Source: Candidatus Nomurabacteria bacterium (lineage in GTDB: Bacteria > Patescibacteriota > Patescibacteriia > HK-STAS-PATE-3). Taken from it: a stretch of DNA of 64,000 nt. Positions 1 to 10,526 of this stretch are shown here, piece by piece. The stretch is from positions 480,001 to 544,000 of the forward strand of contig CP060223.1 of NCBI GenBank assembly GCA_023898465.1, given 5' to 3'. The position numbers and the translations under genes were made by a program. How positions within the stretch are numbered: the stretch's first letter is position 1; the number at the start of each line of letters is the position of its first letter. The notes below the pieces were generated by a model. That model had not been told where the DNA came from, did no database searches, and saw only the letters and a program-made list of their open reading frames with translations.

Positions 1-59
1 AGCGCCGAGAAAAATTGGTGGCAAGTATTTGAATGTCTTATGAAAAAAATGTGACATTA

Positions 60-2012
60 CTACTCTACAAAAGTGAAAAAATTATAGTATCCCGTAGAAT
101 ATTCTAATCGAAATTTATCTTTTAATCGAGACTCTTCGACAATCTTCATCCTCAAATCTTGATCTTGAAAAAAATGATAAGAAGGGTCAAGTTGAGATTT
201 AATAATATCGGATCGACGATAATAGCTCGACTGCATATCCTCTTTTGTAAAAAGTGGGGCTAAACGCTGATAGTCAGGCTCTGCATTTGCGGTAATAAGA
301 TAGCGGACATGATACGCTTGCATTGTTTTTGCTAAACCACGAATAGCTATCGAATCTTCAAGTTTAGTTTCATCTAGAATATCAACATTTGCAAAACTGG
401 GACGCCCTGATCCTATCGTAAGTGTCATTACAAAACTCTCATCAATATATATATCATCTAAGTCCGTATGCTGACGTAAATATGTTAGTGCATCTAAGTA
501 TTCGGGACGTTGTTTTTCTAAGCGAACTTGAATTGCGTGCAGGTTTACTGGAAAGAGCCAGATGAAAGCATTAGCCAGAAAAAGAAGCATAAAAATCCTT
601 TTATTGAGAAGCTTGGCAATACCATACAAGGTCAAGGCTGCCGAAAAACACAAAAAAACTAGAATTATCAAGGTGTAATAATTATGAAAAAAGATTACCT
701 TGGAAGCGAGAATGAGATAAAAAACTGACGAAAATCCCAAAGTAATACCCATGTGCAAAATTCGCTTATTTGATTCTGTTTTTTGAAAAAAAATCAGAGG
801 ACTGCAAATTATCCCTGCTATTGCCAACCACGCTATTGGAGTTGTAACATACTCGCGCAATTGAGAAAGCAATTCTTTATACATCGGCCAATAGAGAATC
901 AATTGCCCGTCGGTCAAAAATTCTTTTACTGTATTTGAGTCTTTATTTTCCAACCAATAAAGAGTTATTCCTATAAAAACTAATCCGATACAAGCATACT
1001 TCCAAATTTGAAATTTTTGCACAAAAGCAACTATAGTTGCTATATATCTGGAAAAACGATGTCGGTAATGGATAAGGAGAAGTAAGGCGAGTAGCCAAAA
1101 AACAATAATAAAAGCGTCGCGTATGGGATAGCGCGGGAGACTAGATACAGCAGTCACAAGCATCCCGTATGGAATTGCCGCGATGAAAAAAAATGTAAGG
1201 CTTTGCTGAATAAAAAAAGAGATATTTTTTCGTTGTAACCAAAGCAACAATAGTGCAGCGGGAAGAAGCCACACACCAATAGAATCTTTCATCGTCAAAC
1301 CTAAACCAAAGCAAAGGCCAGCGGACATGATATAGACAGGATCTTTGGTTTTGAGTGACTCCGACAAAAAGGCTAAGGTTAAAAATGTACAAAGCAGCAA
1401 CAAATTATCATATACGGTAACAAAACTCGCAAAGCTAAGAATGGGATTTAACGCGAGTAAGCTTATTACTATTAACGAAGGGAATTTACTTATCCAATAT
1501 CGCAAAAAAATATATCCAGCGATTAAGGTGAGCATTCCGATCAAGTGTGTAAGTAAACGAGTATTCCATTCAAGCGAATTCTGAGGCAGCAGAGTATAAG
1601 TACCTGCTAAAGACCATTCCAAAACTGGAATGTGTGAAAAATCATTAAAAATTCCTTGGGGATTGCTTACGGGATTTGCTAAATATTTCCTTTGATGCCA
1701 AAAGGGATTTTTCATTTCAATCATGTGGAGCGCCGGCTCTACATAGGTGTTGTACTTTAATTCATGTTCACCAGTAAAATTGTATGAAAAATATGGAAGC
1801 TTAATCAGGGTCCAAGCGAATAGGATCAAGAAGAGAAACGTAAGGGCAATCCAGTTTTCACGAACGATAAAACGAAAAAACGATCCGAGGATAGGCAACT
1901 CCGCGAAACGTGGGAAGCGCGTCCTAAAGACCTCTACCCTCTTCGCGTCGTTCTGAGCCTCATTTTCACTTTCTTGCCCGATTTGTTTACCGAGCCTAGT
2001 TAGTACATTCAC
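60..2012 (-). CDS. Polytopic membrane glycosyltransferase of the GT-C superfamily (ArnT/PMT-like, GT39/GT83-like), about 12 TM helices plus a soluble C-terminal domain of about 150 aa
   Basis: Very hydrophobic N-terminal 450 aa with many predicted TM helices and a hydrophilic C-terminus. Sits at the end of a cluster with GT2, GtrA and UDP-sugar genes. Family assignment is by architecture and context only. Confidence 0.5.
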   Translation of the reverse strand: MNVLTRLGKQIGQESENEAQNDAKRVEVFRTRFPRFAELPILGSFFRFIVRENWIALTFLFLILFAWTLIKLPYFSYNFTGEHELKYNTYVEPALHMIEMKNPFWHQRKYLANPVSNPQGIFNDFSHIPVLEWSLAGTYTLLPQNSLEWNTRLLTHLIGMLTLIAGYIFLRYWISKFPSLIVISLLALNPILSFASFVTVYDNLLLLCTFLTLAFLSESLKTKDPVYIMSAGLCFGLGLTMKDSIGVWLLPAALLLLWLQRKNISFFIQQSLTFFFIAAIPYGMLVTAVSSLPRYPIRDAFIIVFWLLALLLLIHYRHRFSRYIATIVAFVQKFQIWKYACIGLVFIGITLYWLENKDSNTVKEFLTDGQLILYWPMYKELLSQLREYVTTPIAWLAIAGIICSPLIFFQKTESNKRILHMGITLGFSSVFYLILASKVIFFHNYYTLIILVFLCFSAALTLYGIAKLLNKRIFMLLFLANAFIWLFPVNLHAIQVRLEKQRPEYLDALTYLRQHTDLDDIYIDESFVMTLTIGSGRPSFANVDILDETKLEDSIAIRGLAKTMQAYHVRYLITANAEPDYQRLAPLFTKEDMQSSYYRRSDIIKSQLDPSYHFFQDQDLRMKIVEESRLKDKFRLEYSTGYYNFFTFVE

Positions 2013-2020
2013 AAAAACTC

Positions 2021-3367
2021 CTATCGCCCAATTCCTCGATAGTGCACGCCGGCCTTTTGCAAAGCAGACTTATCAAGCGCATTTTTACCGTCGATGAGGA
2101 CTTTTACATGATATTTCTTCCAGAGCTTGTTTGGGATATCGAGAAATGCCTGATGGTTTGTCACCAGAATCACTGCGTCTACCTTTGATAATAGAGCCTC
2201 TAGGCTCTCCACTGTGGATTTTTGTGGTACATGAGGGTCATACACCTCTACTTGCGCGCCAAGCTCTCTAAGACGCTCCTGAATGCGAAATGAGGGACTC
2301 TCGCGCACATCATCGATGTTGGCCTTATACGCTACCCCTAATATGCCTACTTTCGTACCCTTCACAGGCAGAGCAACTTGATTTAGTGCCTCTATGAGCT
2401 GCTTTACGGTATACTCTGGCATTCCATTATTAATCTCCCTCGCTAGCTTAAGGAACTTATGATCAAAGCCAATCTGCCTTGCTCGCTCAATGAGATAATA
2501 TGGATCAACGGGTATACAATGACCTCCAACGCCGCATGAAGGATAATGCGCTAAAAAGGCAAAAGGCTTTGTCTGAGCACCTTCAATAACATCTAAAATA
2601 TCAATGCCCAATTTGCTAAATGATTGTGCCATCTCATTCACAAAGGCAATATTAATATCGCGAAAAGAATTTTCCATTATCTTTGTCGCTTCCGCGGCCT
2701 TGAGAGATTCCATTGGCCGGATTGGCGCATCAATAATACTCTCATACAGCCGGATTGCCTTTGCTCTACCTTTTTTGGTATACGCGCCAATTACCCTGGG
2801 AATCGTTCGCACATTCCATTTTGCATTACCCGGATCAATTCGTTCAGGGCAATGCGCTAAGGTAAAATCTTTACCAGCATGAAGCCCAGATGTTTCTAAC
2901 ACGGGAAGGAGAACTTCTTCGCAAGTTCCAGGATTAATGGTGGACTCAATAATAATCAATTGTCCTTTGTGAAGATGCTTCGCAATTTTTTTACATGCAT
3001 CGATTACTGGACCATAATCAGGATTGTATGCGTGGTCAACTGGTGTAGGTACGCAAACAATTATAGCTTTTGCCTTTTTCACTACACTAAAATCAGTTGT
3101 AGCTAAGAAAGGATTCTTTTTTAAATTTTTACGGACTCGCACATCATCAATCGGAGATACACCAGCGCTGATCATTTCTGCTTTTTTTTGACTTCGAACG
3201 ACTCCCAGGACCTTATATCCCTTTTCAACAGCTAAGCATGCAAGTGGAAGACCAACATAACCCAATCCAACAACGGCTAAAGCCCCTTTCCTAGTTTTTT
3301 GTGAACGAATAGCACGCTTTTTACTTCGCATACTTTTGCTGCTTGAAAAACCAAGAGACTGTTTCAT
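2021..3367 (-). CDS. UDP-glucose/GDP-mannose dehydrogenase family enzyme (likely UDP-glucose 6-dehydrogenase). True start is probably an internal Met near 3331, which avoids overlap with the upstream gene.
   Basis: N-terminal Rossmann motif VVGLGYVGLPLA, typical of the UDPG/GMD dehydrogenase family; length 430-448 aa. Confidence 0.75.
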   Translation of the reverse strand: MKQSLGFSSSKSMRSKKRAIRSQKTRKGALAVVGLGYVGLPLACLAVEKGYKVLGVVRSQKKAEMISAGVSPIDDVRVRKNLKKNPFLATTDFSVVKKAKAIIVCVPTPVDHAYNPDYGPVIDACKKIAKHLHKGQLIIIESTINPGTCEEVLLPVLETSGLHAGKDFTLAHCPERIDPGNAKWNVRTIPRVIGAYTKKGRAKAIRLYESIIDAPIRPMESLKAAEATKIMENSFRDINIAFVNEMAQSFSKLGIDILDVIEGAQTKPFAFLAHYPSCGVGGHCIPVDPYYLIERARQIGFDHKFLKLAREINNGMPEYTVKQLIEALNQVALPVKGTKVGILGVAYKANIDDVRESPSFRIQERLRELGAQVEVYDPHVPQKSTVESLEALLSKVDAVILVTNHQAFLDIPNKLWKKYHVKVLIDGKNALDKSALQKAGVHYRGIGR

Positions 3368-4256
3368 TTATACCCATAGCAACATCAATGCTCGGCCCCC
3401 AATTCAACTCCTTGGCACTTTTTTGCACATCAAGACTACTCGCCATCAATTCACCGGGAATCTCCGGACCGTGCTTTGCTTCAAGATCGCTGTGCATGGA
3501 ATCTTTTATTAAGCTCCAAAGCTGGCTGATGCTGGTTTCTTGACTCGTACCAACGTTGAATATGCCGACACGATCCGAGTCAGCCGCCGCAATAAAAGCC
3601 CGCACAACGTCGGAAACGAATACGAAGTCTCGAGTTTGCGATCCGTCACCATTAATTTGCGGTGAACGATTGTGCAATACGTGATCAATAAATATTGCCA
3701 CTACACCCGCTTCACCCTTTGGATCTTGCCGAGGGCCGTATACATTTGCTAAGCGGAGTGCTGCGCTGGGCATCTTATACACTTTCGTATAAGCCGAAAG
3801 ATAATACTCAAAGGCCCGCTTCCCTATTCCGTACGGTGAAATAGGTGCAGCTAAACCAGTTTCTGGAGTTGGTCTTGCCTCATCTGCATCATAAATCGCC
3901 CCGCCGGTTGAGGCAAAGAGAAACTTCTCTACCTGTATTTCACGAGCCGCTTCAAGTAACTTAATACTACCAATAATATTAATATTGGCATCTTCGTCTG
4001 GATGTTCAAGTGAGTAGCGTAGATTTTTTTGCGCAGCTAAGTGAAATATCTGGTTCGGCTTAAACCTTTTAATTTCCTGAGCGGTCTTATCTTTACAGAT
4101 ATCAAGTTCTAAGAAATCAACCTCCGGATGCAAATACTCTTTATTGCCGGTGGACAAATCATCTATCACCAATACTCGATTACCCTGGGAGAGCAGCGCG
4201 TCAACCAAGTGAGAACCAATAAATCCAGCTCCCCCAGTTACGACGACTTTGCTCAT
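3321..4256 (-). CDS. NAD-dependent epimerase/dehydratase (UDP-sugar 4-epimerase-like SDR)
   Basis: [19 protein letters not shown] Rossmann motif followed by a YxxxK region; 311 aa, typical of GalE/UDP-xylose 4-epimerase-like extended SDRs. Confidence 0.7.
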   Translation of the reverse strand: MSKVVVTGGAGFIGSHLVDALLSQGNRVLVIDDLSTGNKEYLHPEVDFLELDICKDKTAQEIKRFKPNQIFHLAAQKNLRYSLEHPDEDANINIIGSIKLLEAAREIQVEKFLFASTGGAIYDADEARPTPETGLAAPISPYGIGKRAFEYYLSAYTKVYKMPSAALRLANVYGPRQDPKGEAGVVAIFIDHVLHNRSPQINGDGSQTRDFVFVSDVVRAFIAAADSDRVGIFNVGTSQETSISQLWSLIKDSMHSDLEAKHGPEIPGELMASSLDVQKSAKELNWGPSIDVAMGINETVSWFFKQQKYAK

Positions 4257-5428
4257 AGGTATTTTTTGGCCGCCGATCGGAATTTAGCAGCTAAGGAGAG
4301 TTGCTCCCAACTAAAGCTTGCTTCTTTACGACCGAAGTGTCCATACGCTGCGGTTGGTCGATAAATAGGCCTACGTAAATTAAGGTGTTGGATAATACCA
4401 CCAGGAGTCAAATCCGCCACCTGGCGAACGATCTTTTCTAATTTACCATCGCTAATGACACCTGTGCCTTTTGTGTCGATAAGCACGCTGATAGGTTCAG
4501 CAACGCCAATGACGTAGGCGAGCTGTATTTCGCACTTCTTGGCAAGCTTTGCGCCGACAATATTTTTGGCAACATGTCTAGCCATGTATGAAGCTGATCG
4601 GTCAACCTTGGAAGGATCTTTACCAGAGAATGCTCCACCACCATGGCTACCGTGTCCTCCATAGGTATCGACAATAATTTTTCGTCCGGTCAAGCCTGCA
4701 TCAGCTGGAGGTCCACCCTTCACAAACTTTCCTGTCGCATTAATGAAGTGACGTGTTTTATTATCCATCCAGCGTCCTGCTATTGGTCGGATGACGTGCT
4801 TCATGACATCGCGCTCGACTTTTTTCTCGCTTACTTTTTCATTATGCTGCGTAGCAATAACAACAGTGTTTAAACGCTTTGCTTTACCATTTTCGTATTC
4901 GATCGCTACCTCAGTTTTACCATCCGGCCCTAAATAAGGCATTATTCCTTTCTTTCGCACGTATGCTAAGCGACGAGAAAGTTTATGAGACAGAATAATC
5001 GGCAATGGCATTAACTCAGGTGTTTCATCAGTGGCATAACCAAACATGAGTCCCTGATCACCTGCTCCTTGCTTTTTATACTTACCCTTACCCTCATCTA
5101 CACCCTGCGCAATATCAGCGCTCTGCTCATCAATTGCGACGATCACGCCGCAGTCCTGCCAATGAAATCCCATATTTGGATCAGTGTAGCCAATATCCCG
5201 AATAGTCTCTCGAGCTATTTTTGCAATATCAACATATCCCTTTGTCCTTATCTCTCCTGCAACAACAATCAAGCCGGTAGTTGCCATGGTTTCGACACCT
5301 GCGCGACTATGGGGATCCTGTCGTAATAATTCGTCAAGTATTGCGTCTGATATTTGATCGCACACCTTATCAGGGTGGCCTTCGGTTACTGACTCTGAAG
5401 TAAAGACATGATGTCGATTCGTTGACAT
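4253..5428 (-). CDS. metK: S-adenosylmethionine synthetase
   Basis: [16 protein letters not shown] signature, GGGAFSGKD motif, 391 aa. Confidence 0.9.
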   Translation of the reverse strand: MSTNRHHVFTSESVTEGHPDKVCDQISDAILDELLRQDPHSRAGVETMATTGLIVVAGEIRTKGYVDIAKIARETIRDIGYTDPNMGFHWQDCGVIVAIDEQSADIAQGVDEGKGKYKKQGAGDQGLMFGYATDETPELMPLPIILSHKLSRRLAYVRKKGIMPYLGPDGKTEVAIEYENGKAKRLNTVVIATQHNEKVSEKKVERDVMKHVIRPIAGRWMDNKTRHFINATGKFVKGGPPADAGLTGRKIIVDTYGGHGSHGGGAFSGKDPSKVDRSASYMARHVAKNIVGAKLAKKCEIQLAYVIGVAEPISVLIDTKGTGVISDGKLEKIVRQVADLTPGGIIQHLNLRRPIYRPTAAYGHFGRKEASFSWEQLSLAAKFRSAAKKYL

Positions 5429-5447
5429 GCTCCTAGTTCCTTAATTA

Positions 5448-6473
5448 TTACTGGTCTTTTGAAATACTAGCTGAAATATCAATATTTTTTGCGCCTTTAA
5501 AGTAATCAATGGTCCGGCGTAAGCCTTCTGATAAGGCCACTACTGGAAACCAGCCTAAGCGCTCTTTTGCCAAAGCTATATTAGGCACGCCCTGTATAAC
5601 TGTTGACTTAGTGTGTTCGGTAAAACGAGATCCTGATGTACTGCCCGTAAGTTCTTGAATGTACTTTACTACATCCTCTAGGCGATGTTGATCAGGACTA
5701 CCCAGATTAACTGGCCCTAACTCGCTTGATTTCATGAGTCGCAGTAAGCCCTCCACAATATCGCTGATGTAACAAAGAGTCGTGGTATCATCTGCTTTAC
5801 CGTATACCGTAATAGTTTCGTTACGCAACGCCGCATTAATCATTTCCGGCACCATTCTACCATCGTCTACGCGCAAGCGAGGACCATAGGTGTTAAAGAG
5901 TCGGGCGATTTTTGCCTTTAATGCGTATTTTTCTCGGTAGTGCACGGTTAAGCTTTCGGCAAAGCGCTTACCCTCACTAAAGGCCGATCGCGACCCAACC
6001 GGATTCACATAGCCCCAATATTCTTCTGGGTATGGAGTCCTTTCCATGGGTTCGCCATAAATGGCATCAGAAGAAGCCAAGAGAAAACTGGCTTGATATT
6101 TTTTCGCCATTTCAAGAGCATTCCGAGTTGCTTGAGCATTTGCTACCAGTGTTTCAACTGGCATCTGTAGATAATCCTTTGGTGAAGTCGGAGAGGCGAA
6201 ATGATAAATTTCCTGCACTCCTTGGAACTCCACTTGAAAAGGTTTAAGACCTGGCTCGTGATCAAGATCTATCGGATCAGACAAATCATGCTTCACAAAC
6301 TCAAAATTTGGATTTTGGAGAAGATGATTTATGTTTTCTTCTCGACCAGTTGAAAAATTGTCTAAACAAATAACCTTGTGTTGCTTCACCAGCTCATCAC
6401 AAAGATGAGATCCAATGAATCCTGCTCCACCTGTTACTAATATGTTTTTTCTTTCAAAAATGGGTCTGCTCAT
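5448..6473 (-). CDS. UDP-glucuronate decarboxylase (UDP-xylose synthase, UXS)-like extended SDR
   Basis: [19 protein letters not shown] motif and YGEPMERTPYPEEYWGYVNPVGSRSAFSEGKRFAESL, which closely resembles the UXS/ArnA-decarboxylase core. Adjacent to a Ugd-like gene. Confidence 0.7.
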   Translation of the reverse strand: MSRPIFERKNILVTGGAGFIGSHLCDELVKQHKVICLDNFSTGREENINHLLQNPNFEFVKHDLSDPIDLDHEPGLKPFQVEFQGVQEIYHFASPTSPKDYLQMPVETLVANAQATRNALEMAKKYQASFLLASSDAIYGEPMERTPYPEEYWGYVNPVGSRSAFSEGKRFAESLTVHYREKYALKAKIARLFNTYGPRLRVDDGRMVPEMINAALRNETITVYGKADDTTTLCYISDIVEGLLRLMKSSELGPVNLGSPDQHRLEDVVKYIQELTGSTSGSRFTEHTKSTVIQGVPNIALAKERLGWFPVVALSEGLRRTIDYFKGAKNIDISASISKDQ

Positions 6474-6482
6474 ACGCAGTAC

Positions 6483-7199
6483 TTAACGATAATGACCTAA
6501 AATGTCATGGTATCGAACACTAAGAAGCTCCCAAAAAGTTTTTATATAATCTGAGGGACGCACCTTACTAGCAAAATCATTCTTCCAAGTCACAGGAATT
6601 TCCTTCATCGTGAAGTGAAATTTTTTTGCCAGGAAAAGTATTTCAAAATCAAATCCCCACCCTCGTAGCTGCTGCTTTTGAAAAAGCATACGGCAGCGCT
6701 TACTATACAGTTTAAATCCGCATTGCGTATCTTCTATGCCGGACACTGCTAACCATTGAATCAACTTATTTCCAATTCGTCCCAGCGTTACCTTCACCGA
6801 AGATTGACGAACGGTAATATCAGCTTCGGGTAATGCTCGCGAGCCAATCAACACATCATACTGCTTACGCTCCGGCCAAAACTTAGCGAAATCTTGAATC
6901 GGAGTGGAGAGATCAGTATCGGTCAGCAACACCCAGACACCTCTTGCTTCTAGCATTCCAGCCTTAACGGCAGCACCTTTACCGCCATGTGGCACAGAAT
7001 GCACCCGGACCGGCTTCCCATAACCAGCTGCTAATCGAGCAGTACCATCCGTGCTACCATCATCCACCACCACTACCTCGTAGCTAAGATCGGGGTAGTG
7101 CTTGGGGAAATATTCAAGGATAGTTTCCAAGCTGGGAGGCAGGCGCTTCGCTTCATTATACGCCGGCAAAACAATGGAAAGCTCAACAGGATTTGACAT
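6483..7199 (-). CDS. GT2 family polyprenyl-phosphate glycosyltransferase (DPM1/ArnC/GtrB-like)
   Basis: LSIVLPAYNEAKRLP ... VVVVDDGSTDGT ... DxD-like region; 238 aa; directly followed by a GtrA-like gene. Confidence 0.7.
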   Translation of the reverse strand: MSNPVELSIVLPAYNEAKRLPPSLETILEYFPKHYPDLSYEVVVVDDGSTDGTARLAAGYGKPVRVHSVPHGGKGAAVKAGMLEARGVWVLLTDTDLSTPIQDFAKFWPERKQYDVLIGSRALPEADITVRQSSVKVTLGRIGNKLIQWLAVSGIEDTQCGFKLYSKRCRMLFQKQQLRGWGFDFEILFLAKKFHFTMKEIPVTWKNDFASKVRPSDYIKTFWELLSVRYHDILGHYR

Positions 7200-7299
7200 G
7201 ACTATTTCTTAATGTACGGCTCAATACTGAATAAAATGTGTACCGAGCTCGGCCGCTAGTATACCAATTTTTAAGCCTTTGGACAAGCAGGTCATATAC

Positions 7300-7731
7300 T
7301 TAATGCTGACGAAAGGTCCAAAATTTATTGGCAAAAAAATTCCAAAATAGCACAATGAGCACTGACACTATCTTTGCATAAATATCGTGCAATCCTACTA
7401 CGACAACAAAAAACCAAAGTCCTAATTCGGTTAGTACTGCGCCTACCGCACTCACAGCGACAAAGCGAGTGTATTGCCGACGAAAGGCTCTTTGACGATC
7501 ACGAAAAGTCCAGCGCTTATTTAAGGTAAAGCTTAAACTTACTGCGCTTAAAAATGCAACCGCGTTTGCTGCTAAAAAGGGAACGTGAAAAAAACGAGTG
7601 AGCGAAAAATAAATACTAAAGTCTAGGCAGGTATTCCCAAACCCAACAACACCAAACTTAATAAATTGCGCCAGGCCAGGCCGGCGCTCAATGAATGGGT
7701 GTTGGCGAATGTAGTTAACAAGCTGCTGCAT
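7300..7731 (-). CDS. GtrA-family small membrane protein (putative lipid-linked sugar translocase)
   Basis: 143 aa, 4 TM helices, FIKFGVVGFGNTCLDFSIYF GtrA-like N-terminus. Confidence 0.6.
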   Translation of the reverse strand: MQQLVNYIRQHPFIERRPGLAQFIKFGVVGFGNTCLDFSIYFSLTRFFHVPFLAANAVAFLSAVSLSFTLNKRWTFRDRQRAFRRQYTRFVAVSAVGAVLTELGLWFFVVVVGLHDIYAKIVSVLIVLFWNFFANKFWTFRQH

Positions 7732-10526
7732 TATCTTGGCTCAAAGTTTGCTCCAACGCTGATGCCACCGCGGAAAGCTGGATCAAAAGTAAACATTTGT
7801 TCAATGACACTTCCGTTACCATCAAAAACTCTCAGGTGTGGCCCTCCGCCAATCCCTGCACCCACAATGATATCGTCAGCCCCATCAGCATTCACATCCG
7901 CGCTCGCAATGCGTACTCCTCCGCGAAAATTCTCGGCAAAAGCGAAAAATTGAGACTGCACTTCCCCACTCGCATTAAATACTCGAACATGCGGTCCACC
8001 ATTACTTAAAGGAGCAACGACTATTTCTGATACGCCATTACCATCCACATCACCAACTGCCAGGTCTAAACCGATTCTAAAGTAGCTTGGGTAAGCGAAA
8101 AATTGAGAGACCAGTCCTCCACTCCCATTAAAAACACGCACATGTGGCCCACCGTTACTAATTGGCGCTACAACAATTTCAGGAATAGCATCCCCAGTCA
8201 CATCACCACATGCAACAGAGAGACCTATGCGAAAATATGATGGGTAGGCATAAAATTGACCGTATAAGCCTCCGCCGCTAAAAATGCGCACTTGGGGCGC
8301 TTTTCCTGCACCAGTACCCACAATAATTTCATCACGTCCATCACCATCCAAGTCGCAGGTTGCAATGCTTACTCCACCTCGATAACTTGGCGCATAGGCC
8401 ATAAACTGGTATTCCAAAGCCCCACGCGAGGAAAAGACGCGAATGTGTGGACCACCACTTGAAGCTGGCGCGCTTACAAATTCCATTAATCCATCTCGAT
8501 CAATATCACCTGAAGTAATATTCACTCCTCCAGTAAAGTTTGGAGCATAGGCCATTGTCTCCCATAGGAGACTCCCATCCTGACGCAAGGTTCGCACGGT
8601 TGGACTATGGTTGCTTAAAGGCGCGCTGAGTAGATTAACCCAAACGTCGTAGTTCATCGTATCAGTCGCTGTGCTCACTAACCCTGCCTGATCAGTGGCC
8701 TTCACTGTCACGGTGTTCAATCCCGGCCCTAAAGTAAGCACGCCGGAGTAGGTATTGCCATCACGAAAAGCAAGACGCCCATTCACGGTCACTTCAGCAA
8801 TTCCTGAATCATCGTCACGTGATACGCCAACGATATAATGACGTCGATTCCCGGTTGAGCTACCTGCAAAAGGATACGTTATGGTAACCGTTGGAGCCAG
8901 GGTGTCGATTTTTACTTCAAAGCTATGGGCACTTTCAATGTTGTCAGCAAGATCTTCGGCATAATATTCCACAGTTATATTACCTTTAGGCAAAGTCACT
9001 GCACTGGAGTATGTCTGCCAACTACCGCTATTAATGCGATAAAAAATTGCACTCACCCCAGCGGCATCATCGCTAGCGGACAATGTCATCTGCGGGGCTG
9101 TGCTATAAAAACCATTTTGGCCGTTTGGACTACTGGGACTGAGACTAGCTGAGGATACTGGCGGCGTAACATCAGTAGTGATAACAGACAAGCCGGCATC
9201 AATATCTAAAAGCCCGTATCCATACTCGAGATCATAGCCACTACTACCGAGGTCCTTAGCTGTTTCAGTAAGCACGCCTTTAGCATCAGCAGGATCAGCG
9301 CCGGCTGCTAAAAAGAGTGCTAAGGCAGCACTCACATGTGGAGTGGCCATCGACGTGCCCTGATAGCCCACATAACCAAAAGTGGTAAAATCAGCTGGTA
9401 GGCTATCCCCATCGAGGTTTGTGAATCCTTGCTGGATAATTGATGAGGAGCCATCCCCGCCTGGTGCAACCAAGGCGATATTTTGTCCATAATTAGAGTA
9501 CGAGGCGCGAGTATTTTGTGTGGTATTTCCGGTAGCTCCCACGGCAATAACTCCTGAGGTGCGAGCTGGGTATAGCAAGGTTGAGCTATTTGCATTTCCG
9601 GTAGCAGCGACCACTAGAATTCCCTGAGCAATAGCATCATTTACTGCGTCAGTCAGAGCCTGACTGTAGCTACTTGTTCCCAAGCTCATGGATATAATAT
9701 CAGCGCCGTGTGTTCGCGCATAATCAATCCCCTGCGCAATATCAGCAGTAGTACCATATCCATCTCTGGCTAAAACTTTAACCGGCATGATTGTGCTGTG
9801 ATATGCCAAACCCGCAGCGCCGAGGCTGTTATGTGTTGTCTCTGCTATGGTGCTACTTACATGTGTACCATGTCCATTATCATCATTCGGATGAGTATCT
9901 TCGTTTACAAAGTCATATCCAGTTGTGAAATTTGTGGCACTAAAATCTGGCGCTTTTGCATACTCTGCACCAGCTGATAAGCAATTACCCGGATTTTCTA
10001 CTAAACACTTCGCTGGGTTAGGGTCTGTATATGCTTGATAGGCAACGCCAGTATCTAAGACTGCGACGATAACACTCGGATCACCACCATGGGTTGGACT
10101 GCTCGTGTCATAATCCCAGGCCTGAGACGCTTTTACCTTTGTAAAATTCCATTGCTGGTTATACAAAGGATCATTAGGAGTGAAGGTTGCTCCTACTAAA
10201 TAATTTGGCTCTATATACCGAGTCTCAGGCAATGAGGCAAGTCTATCCTGCAAATCATTTGCCTCAGTTTCATTTGGTAATGAAAAAAGAAAACTCTGCG
10301 CACTTAATTGCTGCACAGTTAAGGAGGGAAAGGTCGAAAGTATAGTGGCGAGATGATCATTATCGGTAATAATGTCACCTTCCTCATTTGCACTTATACC
10401 AGTTGTGGTAAATCCCACAACCCGCTGACCAGGATATACAAACTGACTTTGCGCTTCTACTTGCGGACTAAAAAAACTGAAAATCCAAACTAGAACTATT
10501 CCGCCTATGAAGCGCCCCCATCTCAT
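7731..10526 (-). CDS. Secreted subtilisin-like serine protease (peptidase S8) with C-terminal FG-GAP/VCBS-like repeats
   Basis: Signal peptide; catalytic-triad motifs VAVLDTGV (Asp), HGTHVSSTIA (His) and GTSMATPHVSAALALF (Ser). The C-terminal 300 aa is a series of FxAYxxxxRGGVxxAxxDVxGDG repeats of FG-GAP type. Confidence 0.8.
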   Translation of the reverse strand: MRWGRFIGGIVLVWIFSFFSPQVEAQSQFVYPGQRVVGFTTTGISANEEGDIITDNDHLATILSTFPSLTVQQLSAQSFLFSLPNETEANDLQDRLASLPETRYIEPNYLVGATFTPNDPLYNQQWNFTKVKASQAWDYDTSSPTHGGDPSVIVAVLDTGVAYQAYTDPNPAKCLVENPGNCLSAGAEYAKAPDFSATNFTTGYDFVNEDTHPNDDNGHGTHVSSTIAETTHNSLGAAGLAYHSTIMPVKVLARDGYGTTADIAQGIDYARTHGADIISMSLGTSSYSQALTDAVNDAIAQGILVVAATGNANSSTLLYPARTSGVIAVGATGNTTQNTRASYSNYGQNIALVAPGGDGSSSIIQQGFTNLDGDSLPADFTTFGYVGYQGTSMATPHVSAALALFLAAGADPADAKGVLTETAKDLGSSGYDLEYGYGLLDIDAGLSVITTDVTPPVSSASLSPSSPNGQNGFYSTAPQMTLSASDDAAGVSAIFYRINSGSWQTYSSAVTLPKGNITVEYYAEDLADNIESAHSFEVKIDTLAPTVTITYPFAGSSTGNRRHYIVGVSRDDDSGIAEVTVNGRLAFRDGNTYSGVLTLGPGLNTVTVKATDQAGLVSTATDTMNYDVWVNLLSAPLSNHSPTVRTLRQDGSLLWETMAYAPNFTGGVNITSGDIDRDGLMEFVSAPASSGGPHIRVFSSRGALEYQFMAYAPSYRGGVSIATCDLDGDGRDEIIVGTGAGKAPQVRIFSGGGLYGQFYAYPSYFRIGLSVACGDVTGDAIPEIVVAPISNGGPHVRVFNGSGGLVSQFFAYPSYFRIGLDLAVGDVDGNGVSEIVVAPLSNGGPHVRVFNASGEVQSQFFAFAENFRGGVRIASADVNADGADDIIVGAGIGGGPHLRVFDGNGSVIEQMFTFDPAFRGGISVGANFEPR

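Noticed and set aside
1141-1956. Small ORFs 1141..1392 (-), 1345..1584 (+) and 1747..1956 (+) inside the GT-C gene
   Set aside because: Overlapping or antisense frames within a long hydrophobic CDS; low-complexity translations.
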